Shown here in pieces: positions 31,373 to 43,107 of a DNA stretch of 64,000 bases. The notes below the pieces were generated by a model. The model saw nothing but the letters and a program-made list of their open reading frames with translations. It was not told where the DNA came from and made no database searches. The translations under genes were made by a program, and so were the position numbers. The DNA is from a cyanobacterium endosymbiont of Rhopalodia gibba (GTDB lineage Bacteria > Cyanobacteriota > Cyanobacteriia > Cyanobacteriales > Microcystaceae): NCBI GenBank assembly GCA_045159875.1, contig CP067995.1:608001-672000 (forward strand), given 5' to 3'. Positions within the stretch are counted from its first letter, which is position 1. Every line of letters begins with the position of its first letter.

Positions 31373-31539
31373 CGAGAAAATAACTCTAATAAAATATGGT
31401 TAAAATACTAATTATTTAATTTTTTTTAGAATAAAGTTGGAGATAAAAATCAATTCTTTAGTGAGTTTACCTAAAAAATTAGGATATATATAAATCATAT
31501 TTCTTTTTGTTAAATTAACATTACCTTTTTCCTTGAAAA

Positions 31540-32650
31540 ACAGATGTTTGCCCCCATTAATTTTGTCAAAAACATGCTAGTATTCTTTGTATAGAGTTTA
31601 CGAAAGGAATACAGAATTTTTTTAAAAAAATAAAAACTACAATAATTTCTCAGGAGTTAGAAGTTATTTTAACAGCGGCAACTAAAACTTTAATAATGTA
31701 AACAAAAATTATTGACGGAACGAACTAAAAGAGGAGTAGCGCGTGGTCAAAAATTTACAAATATTAGTTAAAAATAAAAAATATTTTTAGAATTAAATTA
31801 GGTATATAAGACGTCAATCTAAATAAAAATCGATACTAGATATCCGGACTGTTTTAACTCACTGAATTAATGTCAAAAACTTATTTATTAGACCTAAAAA
31901 AGGGTAGAACAACTAAGTTGAGTATTTAACCAAGAAAAATTATTATCCATCTTAAAAAAAACCGGCTCAAGAAATAGTAGAAGATATTAGTAGTAAATAA
32001 AAGTTGATTAAGAGGAAAGCTCATAGAATCAGAAATTTTGTCAGTTTCCAACTCCGAAATTTATTGACCTGGCATTTAATTTAGTTGAATCTACATCATC
32101 GGTTTAGTATAAACACAATTTTCAAAGAAATTATGCAATAAGCAGAATAATTACGGGATTATTTAAGAAATACAAGAAAAAGAGCTGAGAAAGTCGTTAA
32201 AGTTTATTTATTCCTACTTATCTTTTTATCTTGCCAGTTAATATTATTTAGTTGGTCACAAAAGAGTTGAAAAATTATTAAATACTAGAACTAATCGGTA
32301 TCTCAATTCTCAAATGGTTTTGGGGAAAGATTATTATATAATAATAAATCTACTCAAAAAAAAGTTGCAATATTTGAGAGAATATATCAATGAAAGTGCA
32401 GAGTATATACGAACTAATTTAAATGTCTTAGGAGAGTACCAACTCCAAGTTATCAATGTTGCCATTAAGAATTAAAGTCATCTCGTTAAGCAGACAATTT
32501 TTATCAATGATGCGGTAAAGAATTTTTCGTTACAAAGTAATTTTATGAAGAAACAGATTAAGACGAGAATAAAATTATTATGTTTGGCTCAAAATTTACT
32601 CTATCTATGGCTAGTCCATGTAAACTTCAAGGAATTTGACAAAATAGATG
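31540..32650 (+). pseudogene. unidentified decayed gene
   Basis: Protein-like fragments (LLTERTKRGVARGQK, RNLLTWHL, REYINESAEYIRTNLNVLGEYQLQVINVAIKN, TIFINDAVKNF) broken by stops and frameshifts. Confidence 0.45.
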
Positions 32651-32705
32651 ATAGAACTAAATAGGCAGTTAATGATTTTCTTAATTATTTAGTCAAGTTA
32701 CACTT

Positions 32706-33551
32706 TTACAAAAAACGACGAACATTTTGTTGATAAACTTGATTGTCTAGACCATCCCCTTGATATGAGCTTTGATCATCAACAGCTCGATTTAATGCTC
32801 TCAATCGATCTGATGTAGCTGGGTGGGTACTTAAAAAGTTAGGAACAGAAGATCCATTTTGTTGCATTAATTTCTGCATAAAAGTGACCATTCCAATGGT
32901 GGCATATCCAGCCTTTCTTAAGTTTCTTAAGCCTAATCGATCCGCCTCTAATTCAGCCTTTCTGCTGTGAGGAAGATTGAGTCCTAATTGTACTCCTAAT
33001 TGAACAATCCTATTTTCCTTTAAGCCAGCTGCTGACATTAACCCTTGAGAAAGAGCAATATCGCGCATTTGAGTGATAGAATGACGAGCAGTAATATGAG
33101 CAACTTCATGAGCGACTACACTGGCTAATTCAGCTTCATTTTCTGCCGTTGCAATTAACCCAGTGTTAATATAAACAAACCCTCCCATTGTCGCAAAAGC
33201 ATTGATAGATATATCATCAACTACCTGAAAAGTATAAGGAAGGTTAGGACGTTCACTCGCAGGGGCTAACCGTTGTCCAATACGTTCAATAGTTTGATTT
33301 AATTGAGAGTTTTGGGAAATATGGAATTGACCAGAACGGATTAATTCATCATTAATTTGTTGGGCGAGTTTCACTTCTTGGGAATCAGACATGCTAGTTA
33401 ACTGAATTACCTGTACTCCTTGAAAAAGTAAATTCAACCAAGACTGACTATAACTTGGTTGAATATTGGTTAAAATAACAAAGGTTATCACTAATAAAGA
33501 AAGACAAAAATAAACCCAGGAGCGATGAAGACGAGAAAAAACTCTAATCAT
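32706..33551 (-). CDS. M48-family Zn metallopeptidase
   Basis: INAFATMGG, HEVAH, ELEADRLG, FLSTHP; N-terminal signal-like segment. Confidence 0.92.
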   Translation of the reverse strand: MIRVFSRLHRSWVYFCLSLLVITFVILTNIQPSYSQSWLNLLFQGVQVIQLTSMSDSQEVKLAQQINDELIRSGQFHISQNSQLNQTIERIGQRLAPASERPNLPYTFQVVDDISINAFATMGGFVYINTGLIATAENEAELASVVAHEVAHITARHSITQMRDIALSQGLMSAAGLKENRIVQLGVQLGLNLPHSRKAELEADRLGLRNLRKAGYATIGMVTFMQKLMQQNGSSVPNFLSTHPATSDRLRALNRAVDDQSSYQGDGLDNQVYQQNVRRFL

Positions 33552-33752
33552 TTTGACTAAGCTAACAAGTCAGATAAAGTGAAGGAATCAATTATTTTTA
33601 GTATTATTGCTCTTCACTAAGTTAATGGTAGTTCAGGTGTTACACCTACTGTATTGTCTACTCTTGATTTAATCAAGGTAAAATTATGACCACCACTAAT
33701 TTGACCTTTTTTATTTCTTACAATCAACGTTAATGAAAGTCTCACTATTGAT

Positions 33753-34139
33753 ATGAATATTGATAATTGGTTAATTTATAAAGAATTTCGCTTTGAGGCT
33801 GCTCATCGGTTGCCTCACCACAGTGGCAAATGTCACCGTCTTCATGGTCATAGTTGGATAGGACGGGTTTACGTCAAAAGTAATAACCTGATTCAAGAAG
33901 GGGATAAACAGGGTATGGTTATTGACTTTGAAGATATTAAGAAGTATTTAATTCCCCTATTGGAACAGTTCTTGGATCATCACTACCTTAACGAAACTAT
34001 GGAACTAGAAAATCCCACCTGCGAAGTAATCGCCAAATGGATTTTTGAAAAACTTGAATCAGCAGGACTGCAAGGACTGCAAAGAGTAGAAATTCAAGAA
34101 ACTTGCACTGCTGGAGCAAGTTTCACTAAAGGGAATTGA
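33753..34139 (+). CDS. queD: 6-carboxy-5,6,7,8-tetrahydropterin synthase
   Basis: FEAAHRLP...CHRLHGHS, LDHHYLN, ENPTCE, QET. Confidence 0.9.
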   Translation: MNIDNWLIYKEFRFEAAHRLPHHSGKCHRLHGHSWIGRVYVKSNNLIQEGDKQGMVIDFEDIKKYLIPLLEQFLDHHYLNETMELENPTCEVIAKWIFEKLESAGLQGLQRVEIQETCTAGASFTKGN

Positions 34140-35032
34140 CTCAACCAATAGTTAAGATTGCTAATTGGTTTAGCTTGATAAAGAAATAGGTTTAACTACT
34201 ATCAAAAATTTTTCTCTTGTGTTTGTGTTATTCAGTTGCTGATTATTTTACATTATTTTTGATTTTTTTACTCATATTTCTTCACTAGAAATAGTCCTCT
34301 ACTGTGATAAAATACTAGAAATTAAAGAAGGATTGAATAATTCTTTAATTCAGTTAGTTAACTCTATATCTCCAAGCTCAAGAATTGGTGTCAGAAAGTT
34401 CTTTATTTTTCTAACCTCTAGTCTGTTTAGCTGAAAAACAATTTATAAGACAAAATTATAGATAGCTACGAAAGGACAACGAGATGCACTTGTTGAAGGT
34501 TTATTAAATACATTAATCAATGAGTTATCTTCAACATTCACACAAAGATTGACGATTAAGCTAAGCAATATGGAGCATACAAAAATAATCAAATTAGAAC
34601 AAACATTCCAACTAAGTACTTTTCTAGCTATCTAAGTCTAAAGTGCAGATAATTTTCTATATTCTGGCCTTTTCTCTTCTTACTAGCTAATTCTAAATGA
34701 GGGGCAAAATACTTCCTATCAAAGACAATTTGTGCGTTACTCTTAAAAGTAAAAGTAGATGTAGTGCAATACAATTGACAAAAAGTTTTTGGAGGAATTA
34801 CTGGGGAGGACAGAAGATAAAGTCTACGAAGAGAGCTAGATAGCAAGAAGTTAAGAAAATCCCAACAGCCACACAAGAGATTCAATTGTAGACTAGATAC
34901 AGGAAGTTTTAACGTCAATTAGATTATAAATCTCTGGGAGGTTTGTGCGAGGAGACGCTTGTTGAATTTCTTCCTTTAGTCTTACTTAAGACTAGACTTT
35001 AAATATTAATACCCATCGATCAACCGTGAACT

Positions 35033-36457
35033 ATGTTATCGACAGAGCAAAGGAAAAGCCATTCAGGGCAAGACTATTTAGAGAAAGAAACTCTAGAACA
35101 GGGTGAGCGCTCACCAAACCAGTCATTATTCCCCCTGACTGCCAAGATCAATAATCATAATTGCTTAGAAATTGGCGGTTGCGATCTTAAGACCCTAGTT
35201 AAACAATTTGGTTCTCCTCTTTATGTTCTCGATGAAGCAACACTCCGAAGTGCTTGTCGTCAATATAGAGAAGCTTTTAACCGTCACTATCAAGGACCTT
35301 CTCAAGTCATTTATGCCTCCAAAGCTTGGAGTTGCTTAGCCATTGCCAGTATTGTTGCTAGTGAAGGGTTAGGTTTTGATGTTGTATCGGGGGGAGAACT
35401 GTATACTACCATCAATGCTTTAGAGAAAATGGGACGTACCTCTGAACAAATTGCCCAACAAATTTACTTTCATGGCAATAATAAGTCTCTTGCAGAACTT
35501 AAACTAGCTCTTGAGGTTAATTGCACTATTGTTGTTGATAATTGGCTCGAATTAGAAACTCTAGCTAAATTAGACGATCGAACTGCTTCCATGCGTATTC
35601 CCATCCTCGTGCGCTTAGCTCCAGGAATTGAATGTCATACCCATGAGTATATTCGTACAGGACATCTAGACAGTAAATTTGGCTTTGATATCCACCAACT
35701 TGATACCGTTTTCAGCTATATTAGTCAGCACTCATGCTTTGATTGCCGAGGGTTGCATGCCCATATTGGCTCTCAAATTTTTGAAGAACAACCCCATCAA
35801 GACTTAGGAGAAGTTATGGTGGAGTTACTTCAAAAAGCCCAAAGTTATGGATTAGTCTTACAAGAATTAAATATTGGCGGAGGTTTGGGCATTCGCTATA
35901 TGGAAGATGACAATCCCCCTAGTATAGAACAATGGGTTAAAGGAGTGAGTCGATCCGTAATGAAAGCCTGTGATGGTTATCAATTAACCTACCCTAAACT
36001 CATCGCTGAACCTGGACGTTCTTTGGTAGGATCAGCCTGTGTCACTGCCTATACTATAGGCAGTCGAAAAGAAATTCCTCAACTGCGAACCTATATCGCT
36101 GTAGATGGTGGAATGTCTGATAATCCTCGTCCCATTACCTACCAATCGCTCTATTGTCTGGTAGTAGCTAATAGAATGTTAGAACCTTACACGGAAACTG
36201 TCACTATCGCGGGCAAACACTGTGAGTCTGGGGACATTCTGATTAAGAATACTCAGTTGCCTCAAACCCAACCAGGGGATATTCTGGTAGTGATGGGAAC
36301 AGGAGCCTATAACTATAGTATGGCTTCTAATTACAATCGTCTTCCTAGACCAGCTGCTGTCTTAGTCAAAGATGGAGAAGCTAATCTAGTGATCAAACGA
36401 GAAACCCATGATGACCTAATTCGTCAAGATCGCCTCCCTGAAAGGCTACTGTCTTAA
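35033..36457 (+). CDS. lysA: diaminopimelate decarboxylase
   Basis: YASKA, VVSGGEL, HGNNKS, HAHIGSQI, EPGRSLV, HCESGD, GAYNYSMASNYN. Confidence 0.97.
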   Translation: MLSTEQRKSHSGQDYLEKETLEQGERSPNQSLFPLTAKINNHNCLEIGGCDLKTLVKQFGSPLYVLDEATLRSACRQYREAFNRHYQGPSQVIYASKAWSCLAIASIVASEGLGFDVVSGGELYTTINALEKMGRTSEQIAQQIYFHGNNKSLAELKLALEVNCTIVVDNWLELETLAKLDDRTASMRIPILVRLAPGIECHTHEYIRTGHLDSKFGFDIHQLDTVFSYISQHSCFDCRGLHAHIGSQIFEEQPHQDLGEVMVELLQKAQSYGLVLQELNIGGGLGIRYMEDDNPPSIEQWVKGVSRSVMKACDGYQLTYPKLIAEPGRSLVGSACVTAYTIGSRKEIPQLRTYIAVDGGMSDNPRPITYQSLYCLVVANRMLEPYTETVTIAGKHCESGDILIKNTQLPQTQPGDILVVMGTGAYNYSMASNYNRLPRPAAVLVKDGEANLVIKRETHDDLIRQDRLPERLLS

Positions 36458-36514
36458 TTAAGTCCTTCATTGCTTGTTATTTTGATTGCTCCTTAATCTC
36501 TACCATCCTCCATC

Positions 36515-37411
36515 ATGTCGGGTGATACTCCTGGCCCTCGCTGGATACCCTCTGGGCTAATCCACAATGGCATTGATATTGCATTGGTGCTACTGTTGAC
36601 TTATTTAATTCTTCTCGCCATTGGGGAACGTCGTACTCTTTGGATAGTGCGAGGGCTAATTATTTTAATGCTGGCACAAGTGCTCAGCCAAAGGCTCCAA
36701 CTTAGGCTGCTCGAAGTTGTCCTGGATAAATTAGTGTTGGGGGCTGCCGTTGCTATGGCAGTAATTTTTCAGGGAGAATTCCGACGATTTCTTGAATTAT
36801 TGGGACGTGGACAAATGCTGCAATTATTTCAACGACGACGTCCAACTCCCAAGCCTGATAGTGTAGTTGATGAAATTGTTGATGCGGTCAAAGAACTCTC
36901 TCAAAATAGAACAGGAGCATTAATGGTTCTAGAAACAATCGCTTCTGTGGATACGAGAGTATTTGTGAATCCAGGAGTTCCCCTCAATGGTGAAGTATCG
37001 AAAGAATTACTTCAGACAATTTTTCAGCCGAAAACTCTCTTACACGATGGAGCCATTTTTATTCGCGGGTCGCGTATTGTCTCAGCAGGAGTGATTTTAC
37101 CCCTATCCGAACGAACTGCCCATCGACAATTAGGAACCCGACACCGATCAGCAATGGGCATTACAGAACGGGTTGGTAATTGTTTATGTGTAGTAGTCTC
37201 TGAGGAAACAGGCTCGATTTCTTTAGCCCAAGGTGGAACGCTTGATCGTCCCCTAACTAGTAGTAAGTTAAAAGAACTTCTCGAGGAAAAATTCTCTCTA
37301 CTTGTCGAACGAGAGTCTGTAGCACCTGGTTTAGGACTTGTCGGTCGTACTCTTGGCTCACAAATACGGAACTTGCTTGCTTCTTCGAGGTCTCAAAATA
37401 ATCGGAAGTGA
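36515..37411 (+). CDS. cdaA: diadenylate cyclase CdaA
   Basis: N-terminal transmembrane helices, LHDGA, LGTRHR, VVSEETG. Confidence 0.95.
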   Translation: MSGDTPGPRWIPSGLIHNGIDIALVLLLTYLILLAIGERRTLWIVRGLIILMLAQVLSQRLQLRLLEVVLDKLVLGAAVAMAVIFQGEFRRFLELLGRGQMLQLFQRRRPTPKPDSVVDEIVDAVKELSQNRTGALMVLETIASVDTRVFVNPGVPLNGEVSKELLQTIFQPKTLLHDGAIFIRGSRIVSAGVILPLSERTAHRQLGTRHRSAMGITERVGNCLCVVVSEETGSISLAQGGTLDRPLTSSKLKELLEEKFSLLVERESVAPGLGLVGRTLGSQIRNLLASSRSQNNRK

Positions 37412-38049
37412 GGGTAACTGATAAGTTAGTAATATCCAACAATTGAATTCTACCCAATCTATCAAATAAAACCCTAATATTAACGTCTTGAAAGTATTAT
37501 ATAGGATTTTAATAGTCTGCCTGTTATTAACATGCCAAATAAGGCTATGTTGGAATCTTATAGCTTTCTAGCATCAAAAGTTCAGTTAAGTCAAGAATCA
37601 TTTCTAATAATTGATAAAATTTCAACTAACAGGTACAAGTAAACAAACTTATATAGTATCAATACCTAAATCCGCAAACTTGATAGTTGTGGTTAGACCA
37701 AATTGATGATGTAAAATCAACCAATAAAATACCAAGTTAGGAAATATTTAAGTTAAATATTAATGAATTTTCTGATGGTATAAGCTCTTCTTTAAATTAA
37801 CTTCAATTTAATTTTTTTTTTGATTTTATTACTCGCTTTAGTGTTAACTAATTTTATTAGATGCAGTTTATCAGTAATTATTTAACAACTTATCCGCCAC
37901 TACTTAAATTTAAGGTATTGGTTTATCAACTCTAATATTAGAAAATATATCAAATATATATTAATTTTTTCAAATGTTAGTTAAACTTATAACTATTCTA
38001 GCTTAAATCCAATTATAGAAATTTATTGATTTATAATAAAAATCAAATA

Positions 38050-38860
38050 ATTAAAATAAAAACGACGTTTAAAATAAATTATTTAGCTATACTACTTTAA
38101 TTAGAGTAAAAAATACTTAAAAAATATAATAATTTTGAAAAAACCAGTTAATAAATTTAATAAAAATAATTTAAGTCAAAGAGAACAAAGTAACTTTAAC
38201 TTATAAACTAGTTAAAGAATTAGTCCATTAATTAAAATTAAGGCTAGCAGATAGATAAATATTGAAAATAACTTGTTGGATAGAAACAAAATAAAAAATT
38301 CTAGGATTTTAAAAAAATTAGATTGCTTCAAAAAGCTCAGATTCTTTTGTAGGAGTTAAAGACTAAAATATAGAAAAGAAAGATTGATTAAAATTAATAT
38401 TAAAAATTAAAAATAGTTTTATGATAAACTTTAAATAGAATTAAAGCTGATCAATGATAAAAGTTTAGAGTATCATTTGATAATGATTAATTGCTATAGT
38501 AAATTAGTGCTATTAATATCATATATGTATAGTTTTATTAAATTAATAAACTAAAAAAACTTATTTAGTTAAACATTTAAGTTAAATATAAAACAGCCGA
38601 ATTTAAGCAATAAATATCTGACTAAAAATATAGAGGAAATCTATAAAAATATTTTTACTGTAAGATACAATTATATTGTTTGTTACAAAAAGAGAAAAGT
38701 GTCTTTAGTAATTCTTAGAGAAGCCAGCATACTTTCCATAATTAGAGTTAACAGAAAGACGATGGACGTTAATAGATAAACTTTAAGTTTATGAGTTTTT
38801 TAGAGTGAAGATCTGGCTATTAAATTTAGTATTATTACCACTTCAGGTGTTCTTGTTTAT
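38050..38860 (+). mobile_element. second degraded IS630-family transposase remnant (boundaries approximate)
   Basis: Fragments ITCWIETK, LKKLDCFKK, SYMYSFIK, KLNIKQPNL and PAYFP*LELTERRWTLIDKL*VYEFF (from 38724), colinear with IS630 and with the copy at 23.5-24.2 kb. Confidence 0.72.
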
Positions 38861-39650
38861 ATAGTTACTACTCTCACTCTTTTTAAGAACTATTTAATAT
38901 TTTTTGTATTAGATATTTCAGTATTTTACTTGTAAAAGTTTGACCTCTTTGGGAATTTAGTCCACATTGATTACATTTGATTTGAAAACGATTAATCTTG
39001 AGATGGATATCTTTCTTTATTTAAGGAAAATTTTTAATAGTCAGTTGATTATTTTAATGAAGTTTTCTAAATAGCTAAAACATAATTAATACAAGTTATT
39101 TATTAATCTCTTTTTACAAAAAAAACTATTACTATCCCATTTAAAATCTAATCACTAGTAATAGTTAGTTCTTCTAAATTTAGAATCTCATTCATTAGAC
39201 TCAGTTGAGCATTTGATGCCATAGATTAAGTATAAATTAGATAAAAATATTGAGTTCAGCATAACTTAATCAAAAGACAAGGTCTGCCAGAGTACTGTCT
39301 GTATAATAATTATGGCTTTTGACAAGCCTATTGTCGATAATCAAACTTTGTCTTTATGCTTGTAATTTGTACATGATAGGTTTAGTATAACCATACTTGT
39401 CAGCCAAAAAAACTTAAGCCACTATGATAATATACTATGGAAAAGCATCATGGGCTAGTCTAAAATAATCGCCATTACCATTATGGTAAATCCATAAAAA
39501 TAGATCAAAGTAAAATAGTTGACAATATGGCAGAAAGCAAATTGGTAATAAAGAATAACTTATTCTATATAAATTACGTAGACACACCCCTCAAAATGTT
39601 TTTCGAAGTACGAGGAAATAAAATTCTATACAATAAATTGCCAGATAATA

Positions 39651-40400
39651 ATGACTCTTAAATTCATTGTCTCAAAGGATTTACCCACCGATCTCGATCA
39701 GGTCCGTCTTCCTAAACACGTAGCGATAATAATGGATGGTAATGGACGCTGGGCTAAGCGTCGCGGACTTCCTCGTATGATGGGACATCAAAGAGGTGTT
39801 GATACCCTTAAAGATTTACTTCGTTGTTGTCGTGACTGGAAAATTCCTGCATTGACTGCTTATGCTTTTTCGACGGAAAATTGGGGAAGACCTCTTGAAG
39901 AAGTAGAATTTTTGATGACTCTATTTGAACGAGTGTTACGTCGTGAACTGCGAGAAATGATGGAGGAAAACGTTAGAATCTCTTTTGTAGGAAATTTAGA
40001 AGTTCTTCCTCCTTCCTTGCAATTAGAGATCACGCGTTCTATGAACGATACTCAAGACAATACAGGGATTCAATTTACAGTGGCTACCAATTATGGTGGT
40101 CGTCAAGAGATTATCCAGGCTTGTCAGGCAATTGCTATTCAAATCCAAAAAGGTCTTTTAGTACCAGAAGAAATTAATGAATCTCTATTTGAACGCCATT
40201 TATATACTTCGGGAATTACTCACCCCGATCTTTTAATTCGTACCAGTGGGGAAATGCGAATTAGTAATTTTCTCCTTTGGCAATTAGCCTATGCTGAAAT
40301 CTATGTTACTCAAACCTTATGGCCAGATTTTAATCGAGAGGAGTTTTATAAAGCTTTATTAGCTTATCAAAAAAGAGAACGGCGATTTGGAAAAGTTTAG
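39651..40400 (+). CDS. uppS: undecaprenyl diphosphate synthase (isoprenyl transferase)
   Basis: [48 protein letters not shown]. Confidence 0.97.
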   Translation: MTLKFIVSKDLPTDLDQVRLPKHVAIIMDGNGRWAKRRGLPRMMGHQRGVDTLKDLLRCCRDWKIPALTAYAFSTENWGRPLEEVEFLMTLFERVLRRELREMMEENVRISFVGNLEVLPPSLQLEITRSMNDTQDNTGIQFTVATNYGGRQEIIQACQAIAIQIQKGLLVPEEINESLFERHLYTSGITHPDLLIRTSGEMRISNFLLWQLAYAEIYVTQTLWPDFNREEFYKALLAYQKRERRFGKV

Positions 40401-40482
40401 TTCGAGTACAAGAGTTTTATCTCTAGTGAAAATACTATATCTAGTTTATAGTAACTGCAGGGTGTTCGTTATTTAATTACTT

Positions 40483-40839
40483 ATGTTAACTTCTCGTCAG
40501 TATAAACAAAATCCTATTGAAGTGATCAAACATCTTTCTAAACTCTCAGAATCTGAGCGAATAGAAGCTGAGCAGAAGAAAAATATACTAATTTTAATAG
40601 AAAATTTAATAGAAAGAGAAGAGGCAACTTTTAAGATGATTATTGATTGTCTTTATGATGTTGGTTCAGTAAACTTAATCAATAAGAAGTTTTCTATTTG
40701 TCCCTTTAATCAAATAATGAAACTAATCGCTAAGTTTTCTAGACCTGGATTTCGCTTCATTGCCTTTCATTGGGTTCATAAAAATACCCCTAAATTAATT
40801 ACTAATTGGCTTTTAAAAAAAGTGAATAGATTAGGATAA
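40483..40839 (+). CDS. conserved cyanobacterial hypothetical protein
   Basis: 118-aa ORF with REEATFKMIIDCLYDVGSVNLIN...PKLITNWL. Confidence 0.7.
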   Translation: MLTSRQYKQNPIEVIKHLSKLSESERIEAEQKKNILILIENLIEREEATFKMIIDCLYDVGSVNLINKKFSICPFNQIMKLIAKFSRPGFRFIAFHWVHKNTPKLITNWLLKKVNRLG

Positions 40840-40867
40840 TTATTGTTAATTGTAAATTTCTTATTTT

Positions 40868-41374
40868 TCATTCAACTTGTTGTCGTCGTTTTGCAAACCA
40901 TTTTTGTAACTGTTGACGACATTCGTCTTCATAGATACCTGAAATAACGGCTAAACGATGGTTAGAACAGTAACTATCGGGCAAATTCAGTACTGTGCGA
41001 ATAGTTCCTGACTTGGGATCGTCACATCCATAAACGAGTAATCCTAAGCGAGATTGAATAATTGCCCCGGTACACATAGAACAGGGTTCAAGAGTGACGT
41101 AGAGTGTACAGTCCTTTAAGTTCCAAGTATGCAATGTTTTAGCAGCAATGCGGATAGCCATAATTTCTGCATGGGCAGTAGGATCCTGCTCTGTTTCTTT
41201 GCGATTAGCTGCCTGGGCGACCAAATTCCCCTTACCATCAACAATAATAGCTCCTACGGGAACTTCTCCCATTTCTCCCGCTTCTTGACCAAGAGTGAGT
41301 GCCTTTGCTATCCAGTAACGATGAGTGTGATAAGGAGTTTGAGTGAGCAATTGAAGCAACGGAATGAGAAACAC
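40868..41374 (-). CDS. tadA: tRNA adenosine(34) deaminase
   Basis: GEVPVGA, HAEI, TLEPCSMC, DPKSG. Confidence 0.93.
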   Translation of the reverse strand: MFLIPLLQLLTQTPYHTHRYWIAKALTLGQEAGEMGEVPVGAIIVDGKGNLVAQAANRKETEQDPTAHAEIMAIRIAAKTLHTWNLKDCTLYVTLEPCSMCTGAIIQSRLGLLVYGCDDPKSGTIRTVLNLPDSYCSNHRLAVISGIYEDECRQQLQKWFAKRRQQVE

Positions 41375-41840
41375 AAAAATGGAGAATAAAAAAAGACAAA
41401 GATAGGCAAAAACTCAAGTTGTTTTAAGAAGTATTTAAACAGCTTGAATAAACTTAAACGTCTACCAACTTAGAGCTTAACCATTGAAGAGCAGTTCAAC
41501 AGTATTTTTTTCAGACATACTGCTATTGTAAAATCATACGGCTGAGTTTGAACAGCGTGAGCTTCCTATTCTAAATCTTTATGATGAACATTGATAAATC
41601 TTTTAAGACAAGACAATACTTAATTCATAAGTTGAGTGTTTGACATTAACAAATTTATGGTTCCTTAATCTGAACAAATTTATACTGTATAAAGTAATTC
41701 ATAGATTTGATTTTTAAAAAACAATATTTAGGTAAAAAATACTAGATAAATTCAAGTTTTATTCGGAGTTATATATAATAAGCTGTGGTTTCCTCCTTTA
41801 GGTCAAAGTTTTATTGAATAGAATAAGGACTAAATTATCT

Positions 41841-43076
41841 TTAATTAAAGATAACTGGCGGTAGGTTTAAAGACTTTATTTCTGCTTTTGATGAGCCCGA
41901 ATTACGGTTCAATTTAGGAGGTAAACCTTGATTGTGTGAAGATAAAGGCTCAGTTAGTGTTTGAGTATATTTAGGAGTGATTGGTAATTCAATAGCTGTA
42001 GATTTTGTCTTAGTTCTTCCTATCACTTTGAATTCAAATTGATGAGAAGATTTATGTTCAGTATTAAATAATTCAATAGTATAATTAACTGGGTAGTGCT
42101 CCCTACTATAAATCTGAAAGAGGTGGTGAGTAATAGTAACTCCTGTCATGGTTTGTAGTAAAACTTCTCCTGATAAATAAGGAAGATTTTCTAACTTGTC
42201 AGGAATAGCTAATGTTTGATTAAATGTATAGGGTAGAGTTTTATCGAAAAGACTACAATCTATTTTCATAATTATCTCATCAGTATAAGGATGTCTTAAT
42301 TGATAGCAAAGTTGAGCCGTTAAGGCTAATTCTTTTTCAGAACTTTGCACTTTAATTTTTCCTGAAATGGTAATGTATTCACCAGGATTGCCTTGAAATG
42401 TATCTTGCTCTAGAATAAGCTCAAGAGTTTGTGCCGTTATTTTGTCTGATGAAGATAACTTAAGAAAATTCTCTAAACTCTGTTGATAATCTGTCTCATA
42501 GTTATCGGTCAATGGCTTTACTTTCTCTTGTACCAATTTTTCCAATTGATGTAGATAAAGCTGGGCTATCTCATTAGAGGAGTCGTCAATGTAGGGAGTT
42601 TCGCAAATTTCCAATTTATTGGAATGCTTAGACTGAGACAAGTTTTTTGTTTCTTCCTCTATAGAAATATTATTAATGGGACCTCTAAAACAGTTGATTT
42701 GTGCATCAAAAAAATTTCGGTTAGTCACAGGCTCTAAAATCTGAAGTTGCAGAGTTTTCTGCCAAGTTTCACCAAGTAATTCTGACATAATATCGTTACG
42801 ACAGCGTATTTTCCAAATTCCAGTAGATAATTCTTTAAATGAAAAAATCATCACTAACCCCTGTAAATTCACGTGACGACAATAATGTTGAGTATTATGG
42901 GGGGAATCTTCACCAGTTGAAGTTTGGTGACTAATGCGAACTTCAAGATCACTATCAAGGCGATTAGACTTAGCAAGAAGACGATAAACACCAGGTTCAA
43001 TTTCGAAGGTTGATGTGGGAATAGAAACCCATTGATGATCGCCTTCTTTTTGAATCAGAAATTCCCAAGGTTTCAT
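41841..43076 (-). CDS. hypothetical protein
   Basis: Long open ORF directly after hisS; start moved to MKPWEFLIQKEGD (43076) to avoid overlap with hisS. Confidence 0.7.
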   Translation of the reverse strand: MKPWEFLIQKEGDHQWVSIPTSTFEIEPGVYRLLAKSNRLDSDLEVRISHQTSTGEDSPHNTQHYCRHVNLQGLVMIFSFKELSTGIWKIRCRNDIMSELLGETWQKTLQLQILEPVTNRNFFDAQINCFRGPINNISIEEETKNLSQSKHSNKLEICETPYIDDSSNEIAQLYLHQLEKLVQEKVKPLTDNYETDYQQSLENFLKLSSSDKITAQTLELILEQDTFQGNPGEYITISGKIKVQSSEKELALTAQLCYQLRHPYTDEIIMKIDCSLFDKTLPYTFNQTLAIPDKLENLPYLSGEVLLQTMTGVTITHHLFQIYSREHYPVNYTIELFNTEHKSSHQFEFKVIGRTKTKSTAIELPITPKYTQTLTEPLSSHNQGLPPKLNRNSGSSKAEIKSLNLPPVIFN

Positions 43077-43107
43077 TGCTACTTGCTCTATATAGTTACC
43101 TTTTTGT

